DNA from: Octopus sinensis
Taxonomy: Eukaryota
DNA length: 45,223 bases
NCBI RefSeq assembly: GCF_006345805.1
Contig: NW_021834804.1
Span: 1 to 45,223 of the forward strand
Direction: 5' to 3'
The notes below the pieces were generated by a model. The model was not told the DNA's origin and did no database searches. It was given only the letters and a program-made list of their open reading frames with translations. This document shows, one piece after another, positions 1-10,939 of this stretch (position 1 is the first letter of the stretch; every line of letters begins with the position of its first letter). Position numbers and translations under genes: made by a program.

Positions 1-350
1 ACGGTATGCAGACACCTGTCTCCTCAAAAGTGTATTGTATAAGTTTCACGTGATGACCGCATGCACCCACCAGGCAAGGATGTATATTTGGGGCACTGAG
101 GATTTGGAATGGCGTTTCGTGCTCATATGAATTCTTTCACTAATCCCAAATCTAACTATTTCAATCTTAGCGACACACATATACAACCTCAATTCAAAAC
201 AATGTCCAATACGCTCTATCGTGGTCCAAATTATGTGAAGCTCCCCTCTAAACACAAATATAGGTAAATGTATGTTATGTATAAAAGGGTTATTAACTAT
301 TCTCGCCTCCACAATCCTCACTGTTAATTCTCTGACGTTATTTTTTATCG
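1..350 (+). mobile_element. Penelope-like element relic, C-terminal GIY-YIG endonuclease (frameshifted, cut by window start)
   Basis: Manual translation across frameshifts gives CLLKSV(L/I)YK...YI(W/N)GTED...SFTNP...LSWS(K/I)..EAPL.NTNIGKCMLC. This matches the VxY...YIG...W.I...CxLC pattern of C-terminal PLE endonucleases. Better preserved in the copies at 10940-11630 and 29650-30350. Confidence 0.7.
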
Positions 351-479
351 TAAGCATAAATACTGCCCGACATTCATGCACTTCCCTAATTCCAAATAAA
401 TAAAGCTGTAAAGTAAAACAAGTGTCAACCTGACAATCGACAAGTGAACACATTCCAAATAGCAAATATGTGTGTGTGT

Positions 480-496
480 CTATGTATACATATATG

Positions 497-540
<44 letters not shown>

Positions 541-617
541 ATATATATAATATATATATATATATATACAGATATATATATATATATATAATATATTATA
601 TATATATATATATATGA
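480..617. repeat. (TA)n microsatellite
   Basis: Direct inspection. Homologous tracts at ~11755-11860 and ~30475-30600. Confidence 0.95.
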
Positions 618-1353
618 GCATATGCAATACATATGAAATATCCAAAATTGCATTTACAAATACATAATATATACATACAAGCTCTTACATACATACATGC
701 AAACACACACACATATACGCACAATATATATACATATAAACTCCTACATTAATACACAGTATTAAAAACATAAGTAGTCAGCATATATATATAGATACCT
801 ACAGAAATATAAATATATATAACACGCATCCCAAATTTATTCCAAGTATTATGATCAATCTATTTTTTATCCTCCTCTCAGCCTCCTAAATCTCTCCAAC
901 ACACATCACAAATTTCTTCAAATGTTTGCTTTTCAACCGTCTCTACTCTCATTTGACCCTTCTCTGCTTCAAACAATAATAACAAAAGTCAATACTAAGA
1001 AAAATACCGACCCGAGTTTTTGTACTACTAACCTTCTTAACCACTCCCTCGTACCTGAAAAGTGTCCTTAAAAATACCCCACGTAATTTGAGATGGAATG
1101 GCTGTTTCATTATTGTACCAGCTAGAAGGGGATACTCCTTCAACATTCAGATGAATTACTTATTTATTCACATCGTTTAAAATTAAACATACATTATCTT
1201 CTAGCTTTGAGATTTTGATTATGTGATTGCTTACTTTTAGAATAATTGCATGGTGGTTGTGAAAGGGCTGATCTATTCAGTTTCAACAGAAAACAGGAAG
1301 AATATTTGGGCCCGACGTGGCCAGTGCCAATGCTAATGGGTTAACTGAAATAT

Positions 1354-1447
1354 ATGCCGTCTTCGAAACATGTGTCGAGAGTAAAAACCTCGTTCGACTC
1401 CATTCTTTCATTTATTTTCATATAATAACACAAATTTGCAGACAAGA
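1354..1447 (+). repeat. Inverted ~93-bp copy of 2505-2597 (3' half of hammerhead A)
   Basis: ATGCCGTCTTCGAAACATGTGTCGAGAG...TTTGCAGACAAGA is the reverse complement of 2505-2597. Absent at the equivalent sites in units B (~12585) and C (~31330). Confidence 0.9.
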
Positions 1448-2270
1448 CTTAACTGGGTTAAGTAAAAATAAAAGCAGAAAAAAACATTTTAGGTAATTTG
1501 GGACACAAATTTATGAGGTCTTAAGGTGGAGAACCTTTTTATCCCATCCTTAATGCTGTTGAGGAGACTGGACAATGGCCAATAGAAGGCCAATATAATA
1601 TAATGAAAATCGTAACTTACCAATAAAGTGCTGTTAGTCTCTGTTCGTAAGAGGTAGTGAATGTTTATATATATCTATATATATATATATGTGCGCATAT
1701 ATATATATTGCGTCATTTGTTTATTTACCATACATTTTTTCATTGAAGTAGCACACAATTATGCATATATATATATATATTGTTGTGTGTGTGTGTGGTG
1801 TGTTAAATATAGATTGGCGTCTTTATTTCTCATTATATGAATCCGATATGAAAAGTTTGCGTCAGCAGTCAAAGTTGGGCGTTGATAGTGGAAGAGTGTA
1901 AATGAGAGAGGGGAAAGAAAGTGAGAGAAAGAGAGAGAGAGGGAGGGAGAAAGAAGAAGAAGAGGGTTTTGTGTGTGTGTGTGTTTGTGTGATGCTATTA
2001 GCTACATAACCATGTACTAAGGATTTGGTGAGATTGATACATTTTAATTCCCTTCACTTACTCAGTATACCCTCCTTCTTCCGCGACATTAGCATTCCAG
2101 CAGAAATGGAGAAATGAAAATAATGTCACTGTCTGGTGTTGCATGTGTGTATATATGTGTGTGTGTGTATATGCGTAACTGCATGAGACTGTTTACATAC
2201 GCGTAACTGAAATTAACTTGAAATAATCTAAGTACTATTTTACAAATTGTGATATCTGTGTGTGTGTGTA

Positions 2271-2309
<39 letters not shown>

Positions 2310-2357
2310 ACGCACACACAGTTATCAGAATTATATAAACGTATATATTCATGTATT

Positions 2358-2390
<33 letters not shown>

Positions 2391-2393
<3 letters not shown>

Positions 2394-2720
2394 TAGGTGA
2401 ATGAATTATTCTAGCATGGAAAATTCGTTTAACCGATACCTGGGTAGCAAATTCACGTCGGAAATCACAGTTGAAGTGACCTGTCAAGGGTAGAAACTCC
2501 GGGTTCTTGTGTGCAAATTTGTGTTATTTATATGAATAAATGAAAGAATGGAGTCGAACGAGGTTTTTACTCTCGACACATGTTTCGAAGACGGCATAAT
2601 TTTAATTCCGAAGGAATAAATGGTGCATTATGCCATCTTCTCATCAGGAAAGATTAAGAGCCTCTTTCACCCACAAGACGAACAAAACTTTTGATGATTG
2701 CCTACATGGTGACCACAGTG
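2391..2720 (-). mobile_element. Hammerhead-bearing non-coding element A (PLE terminal repeat or retrozyme-like); right boundary uncertain
   Basis: Abuts a (TA)n tract at 2390 and contains the hammerhead at 2553-2670. Duplicated at ~14065-14395. Confidence 0.6.
2553..2670 (-). ncRNA. Type I hammerhead ribozyme A (extended helix II, GUC site)
   Basis: Minus strand reads CTTTC-CTGATGA-GAAGATGGCATAAT-[26 nt]-ATTATGCCGTCTTC-GAAA-CATGT-GTC^GAGAG. Full core, 14-bp helix II (one G:U), helix I CTTTC/GAGAG with distal GAGG/CCTC extension. Predicted cut between 2575 and 2574. Confidence 0.85.
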
Positions 2721-3714
2721 ACAATGAGTGTTTTTTTTAAATAATCCGTTATAAGCAATGACTTAAAAAATGGGTAGAAGGAGGGAGTAGTAAAAATAGG
2801 TAGGGGACAATATGTATGCTGTATGTATGATGATGTGCGGGTGTGTGCTTGTGTTAATGATTGCGAGTGATTGTGTATGTGTATGAGTGTGTATATAACT
2901 GCATTTGTGTCTGTGTGTGTATGTGTTATTGTGTGTGTGAGGTAGACAAACGTCAAATACACTTAGTAGTAAGGTGTGAAATTTGTGTCTGTGTGTTTGA
3001 TCGTGCGTGTTATACAGAGGGATATATATATATATATATTATATATATATATATTATATATATACATACGTCAAAGAAATTTAGTAGCTATGGAACATAA
3101 AATCGTTTAAAAGCGACTTTAACCGGAAATGATTAAAATATTGTTATACGATCAGATGATAGATTTTTCATCTGTTAGAATCATCTCACTTTTGCTCGAT
3201 AAGTATTGATCATCGATCTCTTCCCAAATACGATGTCAAAAGCCAACATTAAAATGAAGTACATTTCTAATTTCATTGTTAGACCCTCCAGTGTTCACAT
3301 TGTCATCCACCATTCTCTTCCTGAAGAATCTCTGAAGCTTAAGCTGGATGTGCTAGAAATAGCAGCCAAATATTTCCTGTGAGCAGACGATAGATTCATT
3401 TAACGATAGTGTCACTTCAGAAAATCAAGTTATCAATAACGATAATAATTTAAATGGTATATATAATGATTGACATGGAAGCAAACGATACAAATTCATT
3501 TAACAATAGTTCGTTTCTGAAAATTACGTTTGTGAAATAAAGTATATGATAGAGAAATTATAACAATTCTGAAGAGGAATTAAAGGTTTTAGCAGCTTTA
3601 AAGTTATGGGAAAGGAATTTTCGTTATCAAAGTAGCAATATTTTATACGAAAGAAGGATGACAGGCGAGGATTTTGTGGTGTGAAGAGTCTTCAATTGTA
3701 TATGTCCTGGTCTG

Positions 3715-3745
<31 letters not shown>

Positions 3746-3820
3746 TTGTGCCTGTGTGTGTGTTATGCACTGAGATATATAAAGATTATAATAATTGACA
3801 CAATTATATTCCAAACTTCT

Positions 3821-4225
3821 ATAGGCGCGGGAGTGGCTGTGTGGTAAGTAGCTTGCTTACCAACCACATTGTTCCGGGTTCAATCCCACTGCGTGGCACT
3901 TTGGGCGAGCGTCTTCTACTATAGCCTCGGGCCGACTAAAGCCTTGTGAGTGGATTTAGTAGACGGAAACTGAAAGAAGCCGTTGTATATATGCATATAC
4001 ATATATTCTATGTGTGTGTTTGTGTGTCAGTGTTTGTCCCCCCCCAACATCGCTGAACACACGAACCGATGCTGGTGTGTTAATGTCCCTGTAAGTTAGC
4101 GGTTCGTCAAAAGAGACGATAGAAGAAGTACTAGGCTTACATGTATAAGTCCTGGGTCGATTTACTCGACAAAAGGCGGTGCTCCAGCACGGCCACATTC
4201 AAATCACTGAAACAAGTAAAAGAGA
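3821..4225 (+). mobile_element. tRNA-derived SINE (octopus OK/OR-like)
   Basis: A box TGGCTGTGTGG, B box GGTTCAATCCC, central microsatellite, tail ...CATGGCC.CA.TCAAAT.ACTGAAACAAGTAAAAGAG. Several copies in the window. Confidence 0.85.
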
Positions 4226-4600
4226 GAGAGAGAGCTCATCTGTACCCAAACCTTCAATAGTTTGATGTCCTATTTTCATAGGAGTGAGGGGAAGAGGGAG
4301 AGGAAAACATGCAGGGGCCTCTAAACTGTTTAACGTATTTGTATCTGAGAAAGTCTCCAGTATTCTTGATGCCTTCTGCAAAAAGTGAAAGATAAAAAAG
4401 GAAATTGGAAAAAAAAACTAATTGCCTTCCAGTATCTGTGTGTGTGTCTGTGTGCGTGTGTGTGTGTCTGTGTGTGTTTGTGTGTGATGCAATGTGATAT
4501 AAATAAACATGCCTATAAGTTTCTTTAATATAAAACTGAAGTGAATATTAATGATAATATTAAATGATAATATTAAATAACATAATTTCATTGTGAAGGA

Positions 4601-5635
4601 GGTTTAATCTTTAATGTTTTCAGTCTCGTCCACCACACTACTTGTTTAGCCGCCGGGCAGAAGAAACTGCTTTTCCTTCCCGGCCTAAAGAAGGTGGCGG
4701 GGCGATCTTTACAATGAACTCGGCTCGTAAACTGGACGAACGTCTGCATGCAGGACTATTTCATCGGCCTGCGCACACACCCTACATATCCGTCCGACAA
4801 CACTTTCGTATCTGTAGAGCTTGTCTTGAATCGGCAGAGCTCCCCGGTAGCACTGCCAGGCCAGGGATTTCTGGAAGTTAAAGACCAGTTAGTTGATTCC
4901 CTCCACCAACGCCCAGAATTTACCCCGATTTCGTCGTTGTTCTTTCCCCTCTACTAATCCCCTATAGAAATACAAGGTGGAACTATCAACGCCCGCGTTG
5001 CCCGACAGGCAGAAAGCTGTGAGAGCTTGCCGACACTCCAGGTGCCAAGCGCCCTTTCTTGGCCAACGCTTGACTCAGTACTGTAGCTTCTTCAGTGAGA
5101 CGAGCCGCGGAATGTCCCGTTTGACAAACAGTCATTCCCCTATTCTCACCGCTAAAGAAACAAAGGAGCTGTCGCAGTCTCAGCGCATGTCTGCGAATCA
5201 TTAGCAACGGCATGTCCAGAACTCCACTGAGAGGTTGTTGACAGAAGATGGACCGTCTGATGAGCGGAACACGTCCCTTGTTTAGAAAGCGGAATAACAA
5301 ACGCTCTAACTTTATCGGGCATGGGACTACAGTCAGGCAGTCATAGATGACGGAAGCGATGTACGCATTCGCCACCTTGAATCGACCCTTCACGAACAGC
5401 TTCCTCTCTGCCAACTTCTGGGTGAGATCGACTATCCTGTTCGTCACCTTCCACCCGTTGTTGTCCACCCCGAGGTCAAGAGCAAACCAGACCCCAAGCA
5501 GTTTAACATGTCTTTCCGTCTAGCGCCCTACAAACTGTCGGTTGGTATGGGTCTGCCTCTCCAACTGCCGATTTGCAGGCCCACCGACTTCTCTTGGATA
5601 AGCTTTGCTCGTATCACCGCTTCGTGGACAGTATT
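4601..5635 (-). mobile_element. L1/Tx1 LINE ORF2 relic T1 (end of RT, thumb, zf-RVT)
   Basis: AKLIQEKSVGLQIGSWRG, VANAYIASVIYDCLTVVPCP..LERLLFRFL, RRHALRLRQL, NFQKSLAWQCYRGALPIQDKLYRY..CRVCAQADEIVLHA. Frameshifted. Confidence 0.85.
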
Positions 5636-5741
5636 ATGATGACACAGTCCGTGTTAGCTGATACGAACATTCCACATCCTAAGACACACATATATACATA
5701 TATATATATATATATGTATGAATATATATATATATATGTAC

Positions 5742-5780
<39 letters not shown>

Positions 5781-5783
<3 letters not shown>

Positions 5784-5915
5784 GCGGTTCGGCAAAAAGG
5801 ACCGATGGAATAAGTACTGGGCTTACAAATAATAAGTCCCGGGGTCGATTTGCTCGACTAAAGGCGTTGCTCCAGCATGGCCGCAGTCAAATGACTGAAA
5901 CAAGTAAAAGAGTTA
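5781..5915 (+). mobile_element. SINE 3' fragment (OK/OR-like tail)
   Basis: TTAGCGGTTCGGCAAAA...GAAACAAGTAAAAGAGT, same tail as 3821-4225. Copy at 18704-18840. Confidence 0.8.
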
Positions 5916-6260
5916 AAGTGTTTATATATATATATATATGGCATCTGTATTTCTAATTATATTATTTCGGTTTGAAAAGTTTCAGTCAGCAGATTATGAT
6001 GATTGGCGGTGGAAGTGGAAGAGTTAAAATGAGAGAGTGGGGAGAGGGAGTGATAGAAGAGAGAGAGGGGAAATAAGAAGAGGAGAGTTGATGTGTACGA
6101 TTTTGAGTGTGTGTGTGTGTGTCTGTGTGTATGAAGCAATTAGATACACAACCCTGCCTAAGCTTTTCTTTAATATGAAACTGAAGGGAATATCACATTA
6201 ACCATTGCATTAAATGACATAATTTTATTGTAAAGAAGTGAGTGAAAAGTTTAGCCGGAA

Positions 6261-6281
6261 AAAAATTCCAATAATAATAAT

Positions 6282-6369
<88 letters not shown>

Positions 6370-6446
6370 GTAATAATAATAATAATTATAATAATAATAA
6401 TAATAGTAATAATAATAATAATACTATTAATAATAATAATAATAAT

Positions 6447-6477
<31 letters not shown>

Positions 6478-6498
6478 TTAATAATAATAATGATAATG

Positions 6499-6530
<32 letters not shown>

Positions 6531-6531
6531 A
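6261..6531. repeat. (AAT)n microsatellite
   Basis: Direct inspection. Source of the poly-Ile ORFs. Confidence 0.95.
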
Positions 6532-7606
6532 TCTACTTCAGAAGGAAGGAAAACTGATCCAGATAGCGGCAAAACACGAGCAAAACAAAAAACTGTTCTC
6601 AGTATTTAAGGAAGCTGACAAATACAAACAGGAAATCATACCACCTAATAAACATGAAGAAGAAGAAGATGAAGAAACAACAATAGCTATAAAACAAATG
6701 AAATCCAAACTAAAAATAGAACAGCAACGAACCATGATAAAACGATGGCAACAAAAGCCCCTTCATGGTAAATACTGCACTAAATAAACGCAAAAGAAAT
6801 AACAAAGAAAAATCCCAGCAATGGTTGAGAAGCTCAGGACTCAAAGCAGAAACAGAGGGATTTTAATTGCAGCACAAGACCAAAGCCTCCCCACCAGAAT
6901 TACCAAAAACATGTAATGAAAAGAAATATTACAAGTAACTGCAGAATATGTGGAGATGGACAAGAAACAATAAATCATATTATCTCTAGCTGTCCAGTCC
7001 TGGCTAAGAAGGAATATATTCACAGACATGACAGAGTTGGAACCTACATACATGGAAGCTATGCCAACATTATGGAATAACAACAGAAAAAGATGGTATA
7101 GGCACACACCAGAAAAGGTCACAGAAAACGAGAAAGCAACCATACTCTGGGATATGCCGATACACACATATAGAGAAATTAAGGCCAACAGACCAGATAT
7201 AGTTGTCAGAGATCATGAAGAATAAAATGCTTTCTGATTGATGTATCAATACCGGACATGACAATGAAACGTGTCTCTAAAAGAATGGAGAAACTTTCAA
7301 AATACAAAGACCTGGAAATAGAGGTAACTAGAATGTGGAATCTGAAAACAGAAACAATTCCTATCATAGTAGGTGCATTAGGCATGATAAAAAAATATTC
7401 AGACAAATACATAACAAAAACACCAGGACTTACAAACACATATAACATACAGAAAATTGCACTACTAGGCACTGCCCACATCCCACGCAGAACACTTTCC
7501 ATACAATAACCATCAGAGCATCACAACAAATCACAGCACATACCCAAGGCACACAGAGCTGCGCTCGGTAGTGAAGTGAAAGCACGATATAAAAATAAAA
7601 CTACTG

Positions 7607-7607
<1 letters not shown>
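6532..7607 (+). mobile_element. R4/Dong-clade non-LTR retrotransposon, 5'-truncated (CCHC finger, RLE endonuclease, 3' UTR)
   Basis: LKAETEGFLIAAQDQSLPT, CRICGDGQETINHIISSC (C-x2-C-x8-H-x4-C at 6940-6993), IHRHDRV, ILWDMPI...NRPDIVV, KLSKYKDL, PIIVGALG, LGTAHI.RRTL. Flanked by (TAA)n on both sides. Confidence 0.85.
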
Positions 7608-7643
<36 letters not shown>

Positions 7644-7648
7644 TAATA

Positions 7649-7692
<44 letters not shown>

Positions 7693-7733
7693 TATTATTA
7701 ATATTAGTATTATTATCATTATCATCATCATTA

Positions 7734-7812
<79 letters not shown>

Positions 7813-7841
7813 TTTGTTATTATTAATATTATTATTATTAT
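7608..7841. repeat. (TAA)n switching to (TTA)n, quasi-palindromic microsatellite
   Basis: Direct inspection. Confidence 0.95.
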
Positions 7842-8320
7842 TCAGTAGTTTTATTTTTATAGCGTGCTTTCACTTCACTACCGAGCGCAGCTCTGTGTGC
7901 CTTGGGTATGTGCTGTGATTTGTTGTGATGCTCTGATGGTTATTGTAGTGAAAGTGCTCTGCGTAGGATGTGTGCAGTGCCTAGTAGTGCAATTTTCTGT
8001 ATGATATATGTGTTTGTAAGCCCTGTGTTTTTGTTATGTATTTGTCTGAATATTTTTTATCATGCCTAATGCACCTACTATGATAGGAATTGTTCTGTTT
8101 TCAGATTCCACATTCTAGTTACCTCTATTTCCAGGTCTTTGTATTTTGAGAGTTTCTCCATTTCTTTTAGAGACACGTTGTCATCTGCCGGTATTGATAC
8201 ATCAATTAGAAAGCATTTTTTTCTTCATGATCTCTGACAACTATATCTGGTCTGTTGGCCTTAATTTCTCTATCTGTGTGTATCGGCATATCCCAGAATA
8301 TTGTTGCTTTCTCGTTTTCT
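7842..8320 (-). mobile_element. Second R4/Dong 3' fragment, opposite orientation
   Basis: Reverse complement of ~7123-7607 with independent substitutions and indels. Confidence 0.9.
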
Positions 8321-8357
8321 CGTTTTCTCCCATATGGGAGAAGATACAGTAGAAAAT

Positions 8358-8590
8358 GCGGTGAGAGCTGGCAGAATCTTCAGTACGTCGGGCGAAATGC
8401 TTAGCGGTATTTCTTCTGCCGTTACCTTCTGAGTTCAAATTCCCCCGAGTTCGACTTTGCCTTTCATCCTTTCGGGGTCGATTAAAGAAGTACCAGTTAC
8501 GCACTGTGATCGATATAATCGAATTAATCCGTTTGTCTGTCCTTGTTTCTCCTCTCTGTGTTTAGCCCCTTGTGGGTAGTAAAGAAACAG
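8358..8590 (+). mobile_element. tRNA-derived SINE with conserved central domain (Meta-like) and Tx1-like tail
   Basis: AGCTGGCAGAATC, B box GAGTTCAAATTCC, central GACTTTGCCTTTCATCCTTTCGGGGTCGAT..AGTACCAG, tail AGCCCCTTGTGGGTAGTAAAGAAA. The Meta-domain assignment is from memory. Confidence 0.75.
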
Positions 8591-9700
8591 GACACAGTAG
8601 ACATGGACAGTGGGGATTTAACACAGAGACAACGAGTACACAGTTAAAAGAATGACAATGATATCCGACCAAAGAATATAACAATGAAAGTTCGTAATAG
8701 GTGCAGGTAATCCCCTGGAGTTGGCTCAGGTACCCCCACCCCAATCCTGAACCACTCGACGCTTCGAGGGCATCTGGTAAGAGCACTCTCCTCCCTCTCA
8801 AATTCACTAGCTCAAAGGCGTGTTATTAGAGTAGGTCCACTCACACGTACCATTTTCTCTGTTCATCCACCTTTTGGCAAATGTGCTGGGAGGCAGCACT
8901 TCACTCTGCACCCTCATCTTCCTTTCCAAAGGAAATTTCAAAAAGTTGACGAGTGATTGGCCGTAGAGAAAATTCTCTGTCTTTAGTCCGTTTAACCTGG
9001 TCCACAATACAGCCTCTTTCGCTAATGCTATTAGACATAAGTAAATTGCCTGACCTTCCGGACTAATGGAATGCGGCTGAGCGATCTTCACTACGGACTC
9101 GGCTGATAGATAGAACCACCCTACACATGATAACAGCTGTTCAACATAACTCCACATGTCAGTAATGCAAGGACACTGGACGAGTGCGTGCAGAATGATT
9201 TCATAGCTCTGCGCACATGTCGGGTAGGTCGGTCAGACAGAACTTCCGTGCTTGTAGAGTTTATCTCGAACCGTCAGTGCCCCCCGACAGCACTGCATAA
9301 CAAGGGACTTCTAGAAGTTATCCATCGTCCCCGTCTTGAAAGTCCTCCTCAACAGACTGGTTAGTTCAATTTTGTCAACGCCTAGCTTCTCTCCAAGTGC
9401 TTCATCGCACTTTCCCTCCACTAACACTCCATAGAACTTCAGAGTGGATTTTCTACTGATCGCATTGCCCACCTGGTAGAGGACAGTGAGTGCCTAGCAA
9501 CATTCCAGATGCCAGTAACCCTTCCTCGGTCTCTTCTTGACCCACGACTGCAGCTTACTCACGGAGATGAGATGTGGAAAAGCCTGTTTGACAAACGATG
9601 ACCACACCTGTTCACCATTTAGGCAGAATGTTTGGAGATGCCGCAGCCCCAGTGCATGTCTTCCACAGCATGCCCAGTGTTCCGGAAATCGGAAAGCGAA
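8590..9700 (-). mobile_element. L1/Tx1 LINE 3' relic T2 (zf-RVT, ORF2 end, 3' UTR)
   Basis: MDNF.KSLVMQC..ALTVRDKLYKHG...CAQSYEIILHALVQCPCITDMWSYVEQLL...AKEAVLWTRL. ORF2 stop at ~8807. Confidence 0.85.
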
Positions 9701-10537
9701 AGCACAAAAACGAAAATTTGAAAAGGGAAAAGTAAAAACACAACATTTAAGAGTTCTCCTTGTTAGACATTGAATTATAAGGCTAATAAAATATCAAAAA
9801 TCTAATCAAGAATAGACGGAATTTTCCAGATCTTCAAAATATATTTATACTTGACAACGACTGAAAATTCCCGACCTAGAGTCCAATAGAGAATTAAGCA
9901 TCTTAGATCTGAACAGGATATGCACTCTTTCAGCTAAACAATGTTTATATTTATTCGATCCATTCACATAAGTTATGGATTCTCAATTACTTCCCATCCA
10001 GTCACATGTGGTGTTTCGTTTTCTTCCAAACTTAGCCAGTTTCGTAGCTTTACTTTTGGCCTATGTCGGAAGGGGATTATGTGATTGGCATAACGACTTT
10101 GAAATTCACCTTTAAATAAGCAAAAGAATAAAATAATAAAAGATTGTGTGTGTGTGTGTGTGTGTACATGCATACAAAAATACACCCACATACGCACGGA
10201 TATGTACATAAGCGCGCACACACACACTCATAGGCGTATGGATTATTGTTTCGGTAAGTTGTGTCCACGAGAAAGACACTTCCAGTGCTCTCATCTGAAA
10301 AGCACCAGCATTAACCAGGGGTTAACATTGCGACAGACTGGTATCCGGTGTGTTGTATCCTTGTGCGTTGAAATACGTTCGATACCGATATATACTGGGG
10401 GCCTAATGAGCCTGTAGATCAGGCAGAGAATTTAGCTTAGAAAATGCTTTAATATAGACATTTAGGCATGCGCAGTCAAGTGTTTGTGTAACGTTTATGG
10501 AGGAAATGTCGATATGAATATGACAAAAAAAGAAACA

Positions 10538-10620
10538 CCGTATTTTCCGGTGTATAAGCGCTATTTTTTACCTGGGAAATTTAGTGTGCCGCTTAGAGAA
10601 AGGTGCGCCTAATGTGTGTA
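10538..10620 (+). mobile_element. Tc1/mariner-pogo-type DNA transposon terminus
   Basis: CCGTATTTTCCGGTGTATAAG(C)CG resembles pogo/Tigger-type TIR starts. No partner TIR was found. Copy at 29266. Confidence 0.5.
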
Positions 10621-10939
10621 ACTTTTTTTATAGTTCCAGGAGGAAAATAATTTGTGTATGGAGATCGAATGATTCCACTGATTTTTTTGGAGGAAAGGTC
10701 GGTCGATGAAAGACTATTGCTACAGGACATTTGTGCCTGGAAGAAAACAAAGCACATTTGTTTTGTTTTAACTTCATGCTTTGATAATGTTTTTTTTTAT
10801 CCAATAAAGAATTTAATATTGACGGAAGGTGTTTGTTGCTGATTATAGTAAGATAAAATTAAAAAAATCAACAATACATCTCAAAGTTGAAGAATAAAAC
10901 ATTTTGAAAATACATACACATCAACAACAACAAAGCTAG

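Noticed and set aside
46-465. 139-aa minus-strand ORF (and copies 11520-11936, 30334-30723)
   Set aside because: Antisense to the PLE GIY-YIG relic; reading frames are not conserved between duplicates.
3821-3900. tRNA gene
   Set aside because: The A/B boxes belong to SINE heads, with no complete cloverleaf; the same applies to the other SINE copies.
5258-5295. CTGATGA inside Tx1 T1
   Set aside because: No helix II before the next GAAA; it is antisense coding sequence and differs in the unit B copy.
6225-6609. Poly-Ile, poly-Asn, YI/HT/YLSI-repeat ORFs (also 19334-20210, 22578-23090, 31976-32458, 42356-42709 and others)
   Set aside because: Translations of (ATA)n, (TA)n, (CA)n, (TATC)n and (CT)n microsatellites.
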